NCBI GenBank assembly: GCA_964016885.1
Contig: OZ024742.1
Span: forward strand, 16,554,001 to 16,618,000
Direction of reading: 5' to 3'
Length of the DNA stretch: 64,000 bases
Source of the DNA: Eledone cirrhosa
Lineage: Eukaryota
How positions within the stretch are numbered: position 1 is the stretch's first letter; every line of letters starts with the position of its first letter. The notes below the pieces were generated by a model. The model had not been told where the DNA came from and did no database searches. It was given only the letters and a program-made list of their open reading frames with translations. Below, in pieces: positions 15,001 to 30,000 of the stretch. Position numbers and translations under genes: made by a program.

Positions 15001-18000
15001 CAACTCTAGTATTAACAATGATGGTAGTGACTGATGTTGACAACTGTAGTGTTAACAATGATGGTAGTGACAGTGATGTTGACAACTGTAGTATTAACAA
15101 TGATGGTAGTAACAGTGATGTTGACAACTGTACTATTAACAATGATGGTAGTGACAGTGATGTTGACAACTGGAGTATTAACAATGATGGTAGTGACAGT
15201 GATGTTGACAACTGTACTATTAACAATGATGGTAGTAACATTGATGTTGACAACTGTAGTGTTAACAATGATGGTAGTGACAGTGATGTTGACAACTGTA
15301 GTATTAACAATGATGGTAGTAACAGTGATGTTGACAACTGTAATATTAACAATGATGGTAGTAACAGTGATGTTGACAACTGGAGTATTAACAATGATGG
15401 TAGTGACAGTGATGTTGACAACTGTACTATTAACAATGATGGTAGTAACATTGATGTTGACAACTGTAGTATTAACAATGATGATATTGACAGTGATGTT
15501 GACAACTGTAATATTAACAATGATGGTAGTGACATTGATGTTGAAAACTGTAGTATTAACAATGATGGTAGTGACATTGATGTTGACAACTGTAGTATTA
15601 ACAATGATGGTAGTGACAGTGATGTTGACAACTGTAGTATTAACAATGATGGTAGTGACATTGATGTTGACAACTGTAGTATTAACAATGATGGTAGTGA
15701 CATTGATGTTGACAACTGTAGTATTAACAATGATGGTAGTGACAGTGATGTTGACAACTGTAGTATTAACAATGATGGTAGTAACAGTGATGTTGACAAC
15801 TGTAATATTAACAATGATGGTAGTGACAGTGATGTTGACAACTGTAATATTAACAATGATGATATTGACAGTGATGTTGACAACTGTAATATTAACAATG
15901 ATGGTAGTGACATTGATGTTGACAACTGTAGTATTAAAAATGATGGTAGTGACATTGATGTTGACAACTGTAGTATTAACAATGATGGTAGTGACATTGA
16001 TGTTGACAACTGTAGTATTAACAATGATGGTAGTGACAGTGATGTTGACAACTGTAGTATTAACAATGATGGTAGTAACAGTGATGTTGACAACTGTAAT
16101 ATTAACCATGATGGTAGTGACATTGATGTTGACAACTGTAGTATTAACAATGATGATATTGACAGTGATGTTGACAACTGTAATATTAACAATGATGGTA
16201 GTGACATTGATGTTGACAACTGTACTATTAACAATGATGGTAGTAACATTGATGTTGACAACTGTAGTATTAACAATGATGATATTGACAGTGATGTTGA
16301 CAACTGTAATATTAACAATGATGGTAGTGACATTGATGTTGACAACTGTAGTATTAACAATGATGGTAGTGACAGTGATGTTGACAACTGTAATATTAAC
16401 AATGATGGTAGTAACAGTGATGTTGACAACTGTAGTATTAACAATGATTGTAGTGATATTGATGTTGACAACTGTAGTATTAACAATGATGGTAGTGACA
16501 TTGATGTTGACAACTATAGTATTAACAATGATGGTAGTGACATTGATGTTGACAACTGTAGTATTAACAATGATGGTAGTGACATTGATGTTGACAACTG
16601 TAGTATTAACAATGATGGTAGTGACAGTGATGTTGACAACTGTAATATTAACAATGATGGTAGTAACAGTGATGTTGACAACTGTAATATTAACAATGAT
16701 GGTAGTGAGAGTGATGTTGACAACTGTAGTATTAACAATGATGGGAGTGAGAGTGATGTTGACAACTGTAGTATTAACAATGATGGTAGTGACAGTGATG
16801 TTGACAACTGTAGTATTAACAATGATGGTAGTAACAGTGATGTTGACAACTGTAGTATTAACAATAATGGTAGTGACAGTGATGTTGACAACTGTAGTAT
16901 TAACAATGATGGTAGTGACAGTGATGTTGACAACTGTAGTATTAACAATGATGGTAGTAACAGTGATGTTGACAACTGTAGTATTAACAATAATGGTAGT
17001 GACAGTGATGTTGACAACTGTAGTATTAACAATGATGGTAGTAACAGTGATGTTGACAACTGTAGTATTAACAATAATGGTAGTGACAGTGATGTTGACA
17101 ACTGTAGTATTAACAATGATGGTAGTAACAGTGATGTTGACAACTGGAGTATTAACAATGATGATATTGACAGTGATGTTGACAACTGTAATATTAACAA
17201 TGATGGTAGTGACAGTGATGTTGACAACTGTAGTATTAACAATGATGGTAGTAACAGTGATGTTGACAACTGTAGTATTAACAATAATGGTAGTGACAGT
17301 GATGTTGACAACTGTAGTATTAACAATGATGGTAGTAACAGTGATGTTGACAACTGGAGTATTAACAATGATGGTAGTAACAGTGATGTTGACAACTGTA
17401 GTATTAACAATGATGGTAGTGACAGTGATGTTGACAACTGTAATATTAACAATGATGGTAGTAACAGTGATGTTGACAACTGTAATATTAACAATGATGG
17501 TAGTAACAGTGATGTTGACAACTGTAGTATTAACAATGATGGTAGTAACAGTGATGTTGACAACTGTAGTATTAACAATGATGGTAGTGACAGTGATGTT
17601 GACAACTGTAGTATTAACAATGATGGTAGTGACAGTGATGTTGACAACTCTAGTATTAACAATGATGGTAGTGACTGATGTTGACAACTGTAGTGTTAAC
17701 AATGATGGTAGTGACAGTTATGTTGACAACTCTAGTATTAACAATGATGGTAGTGACTGATGTTGACAACTGTAGTGTTAACAATGATGGTAGTAACAGT
17801 GATGTTGACAACTGTACTATTAACAATGATGGTAGTGACAGTGATGTTGACAACTGTAGTATTAACAATGATGATATTGACAGTGATGTTGACAACTGTA
17901 ATATTAACAATGATGGTAGTGACAGTGATGTTGACAACTGGAGTATTAACAATGATGGTAGTAACAGTGATGTTGACAACTGTAGTGTTAACAATGATGG

Positions 18001-21000
18001 TAGTGACAGTGATGTTGACAACTGGAGTATTAACAATGATGGTAGTGACAGTGATGTTGACAACTGTACTATTAACAATGATGGTAGTAACATTGATGTT
18101 GACAACTGTAGTATTAACAATGATGATATTGACAGTGATGTTGACAACTGTAATATTAACAATGATGGTAGTGACATTGATGTTGACAACTGTAGTATTA
18201 ACAATGATGGTAGTGACATTGATGTTGACAACTGTAGTATTAACAATGATGGTAGTGAGAGTGATGTTGACAACTGTAATATTAACAATGATGGTAGTAA
18301 CAGTGATGTTGACAACTGTAGTATTAACAATGATGGTAGTGACAGTGATGTTGACAACCAACTGTAATATTAACAATGATGGTAGTGACAGTGATGTTGA
18401 CAACTGTAATAGTAACAATGATGGTAGTGAGAGTGATGTTGACAACTGTACTATTAACAATGATGGTAGTAACAGTGATGTTGACAACTGTAGTATTAAC
18501 AATGATGGTAGTGACAGTGATGTTGACAACCAACTGTAATATTAACAATGATGGTAGTGACAGTGATGTTGACAACTGTAGTATTAACAATGATGGTAGT
18601 GACAGTGATGTTGACACTTGTAGTATTAACAATGATGGTAGTAACAGTGATGTTGACAACTGGAGTATTAACAATGATGGTAGTGACAGTTATGTTGACA
18701 ACTGTAGTATTAACAATGATGGTAGTGACAGTGATGTTGACAACTGTAGTATTAACAATGATGATATTGACAGTGATGTTGACAAATGTAATATTAACAA
18801 TGATGGTAGTGACAGTGATGTTGACAACTGTAAAATTATCAATGATGGTAGTAACAGTGATGTTGACAACTGTAGTATTAACAATGATGATATTGACAGT
18901 GATGTTGACAACTGTAGTATTAACAAAGATGGTAGTGACAGTGATGTTGACAACTGTAGTATTAACAATGATTGTAGTGACAGTGATGTTGACAACTGTA
19001 CTATTAACAATGATGGTAGTAAAAGTGATGTTGACAACTGTAGTATTAACAATGATGGTAGTGAAAGTGATGTTGACAACTGTAGTATTAACAATGATGG
19101 TAGTGACAGTGATGTTGACAACTGTAATATTAACAATGATGGTAGTAACAGTGATGTTGACAACACTAGTATTAACAATGATGGTAGTAACAGTGATGTT
19201 GACAACAATAATATTAACAATGATGGTAGTGACAGTGATGTTGACAACTGTAATATTAACAATGATGGTAGTGACAGTGATGTTGACAACTGTAGTATTA
19301 ACAATGATGGTAGTGACAGTGACGTTGACAACTTTAGAATTAACAATGATGGTAGTGACAGTGATGTTTACACCTGTAGTATTAACAATGATTGTAGTGA
19401 CAGTGACGTTGACAACTGTAGTATTAACAATGATGGTAGTAACAGTGATGTTGACTACTGTAGTATTAACAATGATGATATTGACAGTGATGTTGACAAC
19501 TGTAATATTAACAATGATGGTAGTAACAGTGATGTTGACAACTGTAGTACTAACAATGATGGTAGTGACAGTGATGTTGACAACTATAATATTAACAATG
19601 ATGGTAGTAACAGTGATGTTGACAACTGTAGTATTAACAATGATGATATTGACAGTGATGTTGACAACTGTAATATTAACAATGATGGTAGTAACAGTGA
19701 TGTTGACAACTGTAGTATTAAAAATGATGATATTGACAGTGATGTTGACAACTGTAATATTAACAATGATGGTAGTAACATTGATGTTGACAACTGTAGT
19801 ATTAACAATGATGATATTGACAGTGATGTTGACAACTGTAATATTAACAATGATGGTAGTAACATTGATGTTGACAACTGTAGTATTAACAATGATGATA
19901 TTGACAGTGATGTTGACAACTGTAATATTCACAATGATGGTAGTGACATTGATGTTGACAACTGTAGTATTAACAATGATGGTAGTAACATTGATGTTGA
20001 CAACTGTAGTATTAACAATGATGGTAGTAACATTGATGTTGACAACTGTAGTATTAACAATGATGGTAGTGACAGTGATGTTGACAACTGTAGTATTAAC
20101 AATAATGGTAGTAACAGTGATGTTGACAACTGTAATATTAACAATGATGGTAGTAACAGTGATGTTGACAACTGTAATATTAACAATGATGGTAGTAACA
20201 GTGATGTTGACAACTGTAGTATTAACAATGATTGTAGTGACATTGATGTTGACAACTGTAGTATTAACAATGATGGTAGTGACATTGATGTTGACAACTA
20301 TAGTATTAACAATGATGGTAGTGACATTGATGTTGACAACTCTAGTATTACCAATGATGGTAGTGACATTTATGTTGACAACTGTAGTATTAACAATGAT
20401 GGTAGTGACAGTGATGTTGACAACTGTAGTATTAACAATGATGGTAGTAACAGTGATGTTGACAACTGTAGTATTAACAATGATGGTAGTAACAGTGATG
20501 TTGACAACTGTAGTATTAACAATGATGGTAGTGACAGTGATGTTGACAACTGTAGTATTAACAATGATGGTAGTAACAGTGATGTTGACATCTGCAATAT
20601 TAACAATGATGGTAGTAACAGTGATGTTGACATCTGCAATATTAACAATGATGGTAGTGACAGTGATGTTGACAACTGTAGTATTTACAATGATGGTAGT
20701 GACAGTGATGTTGACAACTGTAGTATTAACAATGATGGTAGTGACAGTGATGTTGACAACTGTAGTATTAACAATGATGGTAGTGACAGTGATGTTGACA
20801 ACTGTAGTATTAACAATGATTGTAGTAAGAGTGATGTTGACAACTGTAGTATTAACAATGATGGTAGTGACAGTGATGTTGACAACTGTAGTATTAACAA
20901 TGATGGTAGTGACAGTGATGTTGACAACTGTAGTATTAACAATAATGATATTGACAGTGATGTTGACAACTGTAGTATTAACAATGATGGGAGTGAGAGT

Positions 21001-24000
21001 GATGTTGACAACTGTAGTATTAACAATGATGGTAGTGACAGTGATGTTGACAACTGTAGTATTAACAATGATGGTAGTAACAGTGATGTTGACAACTGGA
21101 GTATTAACAATAATGATATTGACAGTGATGTTGACAACTGTAGTATTAACAATGATGGGAGTGAGAGTGATGTTGACAACTGTAGTATTAACAATGATGG
21201 TAGTGACAGTGATGTTGACAACTGTAGTATTAACAATGATGGTAGTAACAGTGATGTTGACAACTGGAGTATTAACAATGATGATATTGACAGTGATGTT
21301 GACAACTGTAATATTAACAATGATGGTAGTGACAGTGATGTTGACAACTGTAGTATTAACAATGATGGTAGTAACAGTGATGTTGACAACTGTAGTATTA
21401 ACAATGATGATATTGACAGTGATGTTGACAACTGTAATATTAACAATGATGGTAGTAACAGTGATGTTGACATCTCTAGTATTAACAATGATGGTAGTGA
21501 CTGATGTTGACAACTGTAGTGTTAACAATGATGGTAGTGACAGTTATGTTGACAACTCTAGTATTAACAATGATGGTAGTGACTGATGTTGACAACTGTA
21601 GTGTTAACAATGATGGTAGTGACAGTGATGTTGACAACTGTAGTATTAACAATGATGGTAGTAACAGTGATGTTGACAACTGTACTATTACCAATGATGG
21701 TAGTGACAGTGATGTTGACAACTGGAGTATTAACAATGATGGTAGTGACAGTGATGTTGACAACTGTACTATTAACAATGATGGTAGTAACATTGATGTT
21801 GACAACTGTAGTATTAACAATGATGATATTGACAGTGATGTTGACAACTGTAATATTAACAATGATGGTAGTGACATTGATGTTGAAAACTGTAGTATTA
21901 ACAATGATGGTAGTGACATTGATGTTGACAACTGTAGTATTAACAATGATGGTAGTGACAGTGATGTTGACAACTGTAGTATTAACAATGATGGTAGTGA
22001 CATTGATGTTGACAACTGTAGTATTAACAATGATGGTAGTGACATTGATGTTGACAACTGTAGTATTAACAATGATGGTAGTGACAGTGATGTTGACAAC
22101 TGTAGTATTAACAATGATGGTAGTAACAGTGATGTTGACAACTGTAATATTAACAATGATGGTAGTGACAGTGATGTTGACAACTGTAATATTAACAATG
22201 ATGATATTGACAGTGATGTTGACAACTGTAATATTAACAATGATGGTAGTGACATTGATGTTGACAACTGTAGTATTAACAATGATGGTAGTGACATTGA
22301 TGTTGACAACTGTAGTATTAACAATGATGGTAGTGACATTGATGTTGACAACTGTAGTATTAACAATGATGGTAGTGACAGTGATGTTGACAACTGTAGT
22401 ATTAACAATGATGGTAGTAACAGTGATGTTGACAACTGTAATATTAACAATGATGGTAGTGACATTGATGTTGACAACTGTAGTATTAACAATGATGATA
22501 TTGACAGTGATGTTGACAACTGTAATATTAACAATGATGGTAGTGACATTGTTGTTGACAACTGTACTAAACAATGATGGTAGTAACATTGATGTTGACA
22601 ACTGTAGTATTAACAATGATGATATTGACAGTGATGTTGACAACTGTAATATTAACAATGATGGTAGTGACATTGATGTTGACAACTGTAGTATTAACAA
22701 TGATGGTAGTGACAGTGATGTTGACAACTGTAATATTAACAATGATGGTAGTAACAGTGATGTTGACAACTGTAGTATTAACAATGATGGTAGTAACAGT
22801 GATGTTGACAACTGTAGTATTAACAATGATGGTAGTGAGAGTGATGTTGACAACTGTAGTATTAACAATGATGGGAGTGAGAGTGATGTTGACAACTGTA
22901 GTATTAACAATGATGGTAGTGACAGTGATGTTGACAACTGTAGTATTAACAATGATGGTAGTAACAGTGATGTTGACAACTGTAGTATTAACAATGATGG
23001 TAGTAACAGTGATGTTGACTACTGTAGTATTAACAATGATGGTAGTGAGAGTGATGTTGACAACTGTAGTATTAACAATGATGGGAGTGAGAGTGATGTT
23101 GACAACTGTAGTATTAACAATGATGGTAGTGACAGTGATGTTGACAACTGTAGTATTAACAATGATGATATTGACAGTGATGTTGACAACTGTAGTATTA
23201 ACAATGATGGTAGTAACAGTGATGTTGACTACTGTAGTATTAACAATGATGATATTGACAGTGATGTTGACAACTGTAATATTAACAATGATGGTAGTAA
23301 CAGTGATGTTGACAACTGTAGTATTAACAATGATGGTAGTGACAGTGACGTTGACAACTTTAGAATTAACAATGATGGTAGTGACAGTGATGTTGACAAC
23401 TGTAATATTAACAATAATGGTAGTAACAGTGATGTTGACAACTGTAATATTAACAATGATGGTAGTAACAGTGATGTTGACAACTGTAGTATTAACAATA
23501 ATGGTAGTGACATTGATTTTGACAATTGTAGTATTAACACTGATGGTAGTGACAGTGATGTTTACACCTGTAGTATTAACAATGATTGTAGTGACAGTGA
23601 CGTTGACAACTGTAGTATTAACAATGATGGTAGTAACAGTGATGTTGACTACTGTAGTATTAACAATGATGATATTGACAGTGATGTTGACAACTGTAAT
23701 ATTAACAATGATGGTAGTAACAGTGATGTTGACAACTGTAGTACTAACAATGATGGTAGTGACAGTGATGTTGACAACTATAATATTAACAATGATGGTA
23801 GTAACAGTGATGTTGACAACTGTAGTATTAACAATGATGATATTGACAGTGATGTTGACAACTGTAATATTAACAATGATGGTAGTAACAGTGATGTTGA
23901 CAACTGTAGTATTAAAAATGATGATATTGACAGTGATGTTGACAACTGTAATATTAACAATGATGGTAGTAACATTGATGTTGACAACTGTAGTATTAAC

Positions 24001-27000
24001 AATGATGATATTGACAGTGATGTTGACAACTGTAATATTAACAATGATGGTAGTAACAGTGATGTTGACAACTGTAGTATTAACAATGATTGTAGTGACA
24101 TTGATGTTGACAACTGTAGTATTAACAATGATGGTAGTGACATTGATGTTGACAACTATAGTATTAACAATGATGGTAGTGACATTGATGTTGACAACTC
24201 TAGTATTACCAATGATGGTAGTGACATTTATGTTGACAACTGTAGTATTAACAATGATGGTAGTGACAGTGATGTTGACAACTGTAGTATTAACAATGAT
24301 GGTAGTAACAGTGATGTTGACAACTGTAGTATTAACAATGATGGTAGTAACAGTGATGTTGACAACTGTAGTATTAACAATGATGGTACTGACAGTGATG
24401 TTGACAACTGTAGTATTAACAATGATGGTAGTAACAGTGATGTTGACATCTGCAATATTAACAATGATGGTAGTAACAGTGATGTTGACATCTGCAATAT
24501 TAACAATGATGGTAGTGACAGTGATGTTGACAACTGTAGTATTTACAATGATGGTAGTGACAGTGATGTTGACAACTGTAGTATTAACAATGATGGTAGT
24601 GACAGTGATGTTGACAACTGTAGTATTAACAATGATGGTAGTGACAGTGATGTTGACAACTGTAGTATTAACAATGATTGTAGTAAGAGTGATGTTGACA
24701 ACTGTAGTATTAACAATGATGGTAGTGACAGTGATGTTGACAACTGTAGTATTAACAATGATGGTAGTGACAGTGATGTTGACAACTGTAGTATTAACAA
24801 TAATGATATTGACAGTGATGTTGACAACTGTAGTATTAACAATGATGGGAGTGAGAGTGATGTTGACAACTGTAGTATTAACAATGATGGTAGTGACAGT
24901 GATGTTGACAACTGTAGTATTAACAATGATGGTAGTAACAGTGATGTTGACAACTGGAGTATTAACAATGATGATATTGACAGTGATGTTGACAACTGTA
25001 ATATTAACAATGATGGTAGTGACAGTGATGTTGACAACTGTAGTATTAACAATGATGGTAGTAACAGTGATGTTGACAACTGTAGTATTAACAATGATGA
25101 TATTGACAGTGATGTTGACAACTGTAATATTAACAATGATGGTAGTAACAGTGATGTTGACATCTCTAGTATTAACAATGATGGTAGTGACTGATGTTGA
25201 CAACTGTAGTGTTAACAATGATGGTAGTGACAGTTATGTTGACAACTCTAGTATTAACAATGATGGTAGTGACTGATGTTGACAACTGTAGTGTTAACAA
25301 TGATGGTAGTGACAGTGATGTTGACAACTGTAGTATTAACAATGATGGTAGTAACAGTGATGTTGACAACTGTACTATTACCAATGATGGTAGTGACAGT
25401 GATGTTGACAACTGTAGTATTAACAATGATGGTAGTGACATTGATGTTGACAACTGTACTATTAACAATGATGGTAGTAACATTGATGTTGACAACTGTA
25501 GTATTAACAATGATGATATTGACAGTGATGTTGACAACTGTAATATTAACAATGATGGTAGTGACATTGATGTTGAAAACTGTAGTATTAACAATGATGG
25601 TAGTGACATTGATGTTGACAACTGTAGTATTAACAATGATGGTAGTGACAGTGATGTTGACAACTGTAGTATTAACAATGATGGTAGTGACATTGATGTT
25701 GACAACTGTAGTATTAACAATGATGGTAGTGACATTGATGTTGACAACTGTAGTATTAACAATGATGGTAGTGACAGTGATGTTGACAACTGTAGTATTA
25801 ACAATGATGGTAGTAACAGTGATGTTGACAACTGTAATATTAACAATGATGGTAGTGACAGTGATGTTGACAACTGTAATATTAACAATGATGATATTGA
25901 CAGTGATGTTGACAACTGTAATATTAACAATGATGGTAGTGACATTGATGTTGACAACTGTAGTATTAACAATGATGGTAGTGACATTGATGTTGACAAC
26001 TGTAGTATTAACAATGATGGTAGTGACATTGATGTTGACAACTGTAGTATTAATAATGATGGTAGTGACAGTGATGTTGACAACTGTAGTATTAACAATG
26101 ATGGTAGTAACAGTGATGTTGACAACTGTAATATTAACAATGATGGTAGTGACATTGATGTTGACAACTGTAGTATTAACAATGATGATATTGACAGTGA
26201 TGTTGACAACTGTAATATTAACAATGATGGTAGTGACATTGTTGTTGACAACTGTACTATTAACAATGATGGTAGTAACATTGATGTTGACAACTGTAGT
26301 ATTAACAATGATGATATTGACAGTGATGTTGACAACTGTAATATTAACAATGATGGTAGTGACATTGATGTTGACAACTGTAGTATTAACAATGATGGTA
26401 GTGACAGTGATGTTGACAACTGTAATATTAACAATGATGGTAGTAACAGTGATGTTGACAACTGTAGTATTAACAATGATGGTAGTAACAGTGATGTTGA
26501 CAACTGTAGTATTAACAATGATGGTAGTGAGAGTGATGTTGACAACTGTAGTATTAACAATGATGGGAGTGAGAGTGATGTTGACAACTGTAGTATTAAC
26601 AATGATGGTAGTGACAGTGATGTTGACAACTGTAGTATTAACAATGATGGTAGTAACAGTGATGTTGACAACTGTAGTATTAACAATAATGGTAGTGACA
26701 GTGATGTTGACAACTGTAGTATTAACAATGATGGTAGTGACAGTGATGTTGACAACTGTAGTATTAACAATGATGGTAGTAACAGTGATGTTGACAACTG
26801 TAGTATTAACAATAATGGTAGTGACAGTGATGTTGACAACTGTAGTATTAACAATGATGGTAGTAACAGTGATGTTGACAACTGTAGTATTAACAATAAT
26901 GGTAGTGACAGTGATGTTGACAACTGTAGTATTAACAATGATGGTAGTAACAGTGATGTTGACAACTGGAGTATTTACAATGATGATATTGACAGTGATG

Positions 27001-30000
27001 TTGACAACTGTAATATTAACAATGATGGTAGTGACAGTGATGTTGACAACTGTAGTATTAACAATGATGGTAGTAACAGTGATGTTGACAACTGTAGTAT
27101 TAACAATAATGGTAGTGACAGTGATGTTGACAACTGTAGTATTAACAATGATGGTAGTAACAGTGATGTTGACAACTGGAGTATTAACAATGATGGTAGT
27201 AACAGTGATGTTGACAACTGTAGTATTAACAATGATGGTAGTAACAGTGATGTTGACAACTGTAGTATTAACAATGATGGTAGTGACAGTGATGTTGACA
27301 ACTGTAGTATTAACAATGATGGTAGTGACAGTGATGTTGACAACTCTAGTATTAACAATGATGGTAGTGACTGATGTTGACAACTGTAGTGTTAACAATG
27401 ATGGTAGTGACAGTTATGTTGACAACTCTAGTATTAACAATGATGGTAGTGACTGATGTTGACAACTGTAGTGTTAACAATGATGGTAGTAACAGTGATG
27501 TTGACAACTGTACTATTAACAATGATGGTAGTGACAGTGATGTTGACAACTGTAGTATTAACAATGATGATATTGACAGTGATGTTGACAACTGTAATAT
27601 TAACAATGATGGTAGTGACAGTGATGTTGACAACTGGAGTATTAACAATGATGGTAGTAACAGTGATGTTGACAACTGTAGTGTTAACAATGATGGTAGT
27701 GACAGTGATGTTGACAACTGGAGTATTAACAATGATGGTAGTGACAGTGATGTTGACAACTGTACTATTAACAATGATGGTAGTAACATTGATGTTGACA
27801 ACTGTAGTATTAACAATGATGATATTGACAGTGATGTTGACAACTGTAATATTAACAATGATGGTAGTGAGATTGATGTTGACAACTTTAGTATTAACAA
27901 TGATGGTAGTGACATTGATGTTGACAACTGTAGTATTAACAATGATGGTAGTGACAGTGATGTTGACAACTGTAGTATTAACAATGATGGTAGTAACAGT
28001 GATGTTGACAACTGTAGTATTAACAATGATGGTAGTGACAGTGATGTTGACAACTGTAGTATTAACAATGATGCTAGTGACAGTGATGTTGACAACTGTA
28101 GTATTAACAATGATGGTAGTGACAGTGATGTTGACAACTGTAGTATTAACAATGATGGTAGTGACATTGATGTTGACAACTGTAGTATTAACAATGATGG
28201 TAGTGACAGTGATGTTGACAACTGTAATATTAACAATGATGGTAGTAACAGTGATGTTGACAACTGTAATATTAACAATGATGGTAGTGACAGTGATGTT
28301 GACAACTGTAATATTAACAATGATGGTAGTAACAGTGATGTTGACAACTGTAGTATTAACAATGATTGTAGTGACATTGATGTTGACAACTGTAGTATTA
28401 ACAATGATGGTAGTGACATTGATGTTGACAACTATTGTATTAACAATGATGGTAGCGACATTGATGTTGATAACTGTAGTATTAACAATGATGGTAGTGA
28501 CATTTATGTTGACAACTGTAGTATTAACAATGATGGTAGTGACAGTGATGTTGACAACTGTAGTATTAACAATGATGGTAGTAACAGTGATGTTGACAAC
28601 TGTAGTATTAACAATGATGGGAGTGACAGTGATGTTGACAACTGTAGTATTAACAATGATGGTAGTAACAGTGATGTTGACAACTGTAGTATTAACAATG
28701 ATGGTAGTGACAGTGATGTTGACAACTGTAGTATTAACAATGATGATATTGACAGTGATGTTGACAACTGTAGTATTAACAATGATGATATTGACAGTGA
28801 TGTTGACAACTGTAGTATTAACAATGATGATATTGACAGTGATGTTGACAACTGTAGTATTAACAATGATGGTAGTAACAGTGATGTTGACAACTGTAGT
28901 ATTAACAATAATGGTAGTGACAGTGATGTTGACAACTTTAGTATTAACAATGATGGTAGTAACAGTGATGTTGACAACTGGAGTATTAACAATGATGATA
29001 TTGACAGTGATGTTGACAACTGTAATATTAACAATGATGGTAGTGACAGTGATGTTGACAACTGTAGTATTAACAATGATGGTAGTAACAGTGATGTTGA
29101 CAACTGTAATATTAACAATGATGGTAGTGACAGTGATGTTGACAACTGTAGTATTAACAATGATGGTAGTAACATTGATGTTGACAACTGTAATATTAAC
29201 AATGATGGTAATGACAGTGATGTTGACAACTGTAGTATTAACAATGATGGTAGTAACAGTGATGTTGACAACTGTAGTATTAACAATGATGATATTGACA
29301 GTGATGTTGACAACTGTAATATTAACAATGATAGTAGTAACAGTGACGTTGACAACTGTAGTATTAACAATGATGGTAGTGACAGTGATGTTGACAACTG
29401 TACTATTAACAATGATGGTAGTCACAGTGATGTTGACAACTGTAATATTAACAATGATGGTAGTGACAGTGATGTTGACAACTGTAGTATTAACAATGAT
29501 GGTAGTAACAGTGATGTTGACAACTGTAGTATTAACAATAATGGTAGTGACAGTGATGTTGACAACTGTAGTATTAACAATGATGGTAGTGACAGTGATG
29601 TTGACAACTGTAGTATTAACAATAATGGTAGTGACAGTGATGTTGACAACTGTAGTATTAACAATGATGGTAGTAACAGTGATGTTGACAACTGTAGTAT
29701 TAACAATAATGGTAGTGACAGTGATGTTGACAACTGTAGTATTAACAATGATGGTAGTAACAGTGATGTTGACAACTGGAGTATTAACAATGATGATATT
29801 GACAGTGATGTTGACAACTGTAATATTAACAATGATGGTAGTGACAGTGATGTTGACAACTGTAGTATTAACAATGATGGTAGTAACAGTGATGTTGACA
29901 ACTGTAGTATTAACAATAATGGTAGTGACAGTGATGTTGACAACTGTAGTATTAACAATGATGGTAGTAACAGTGATGTTGACAACTGGAGTATTAACAA

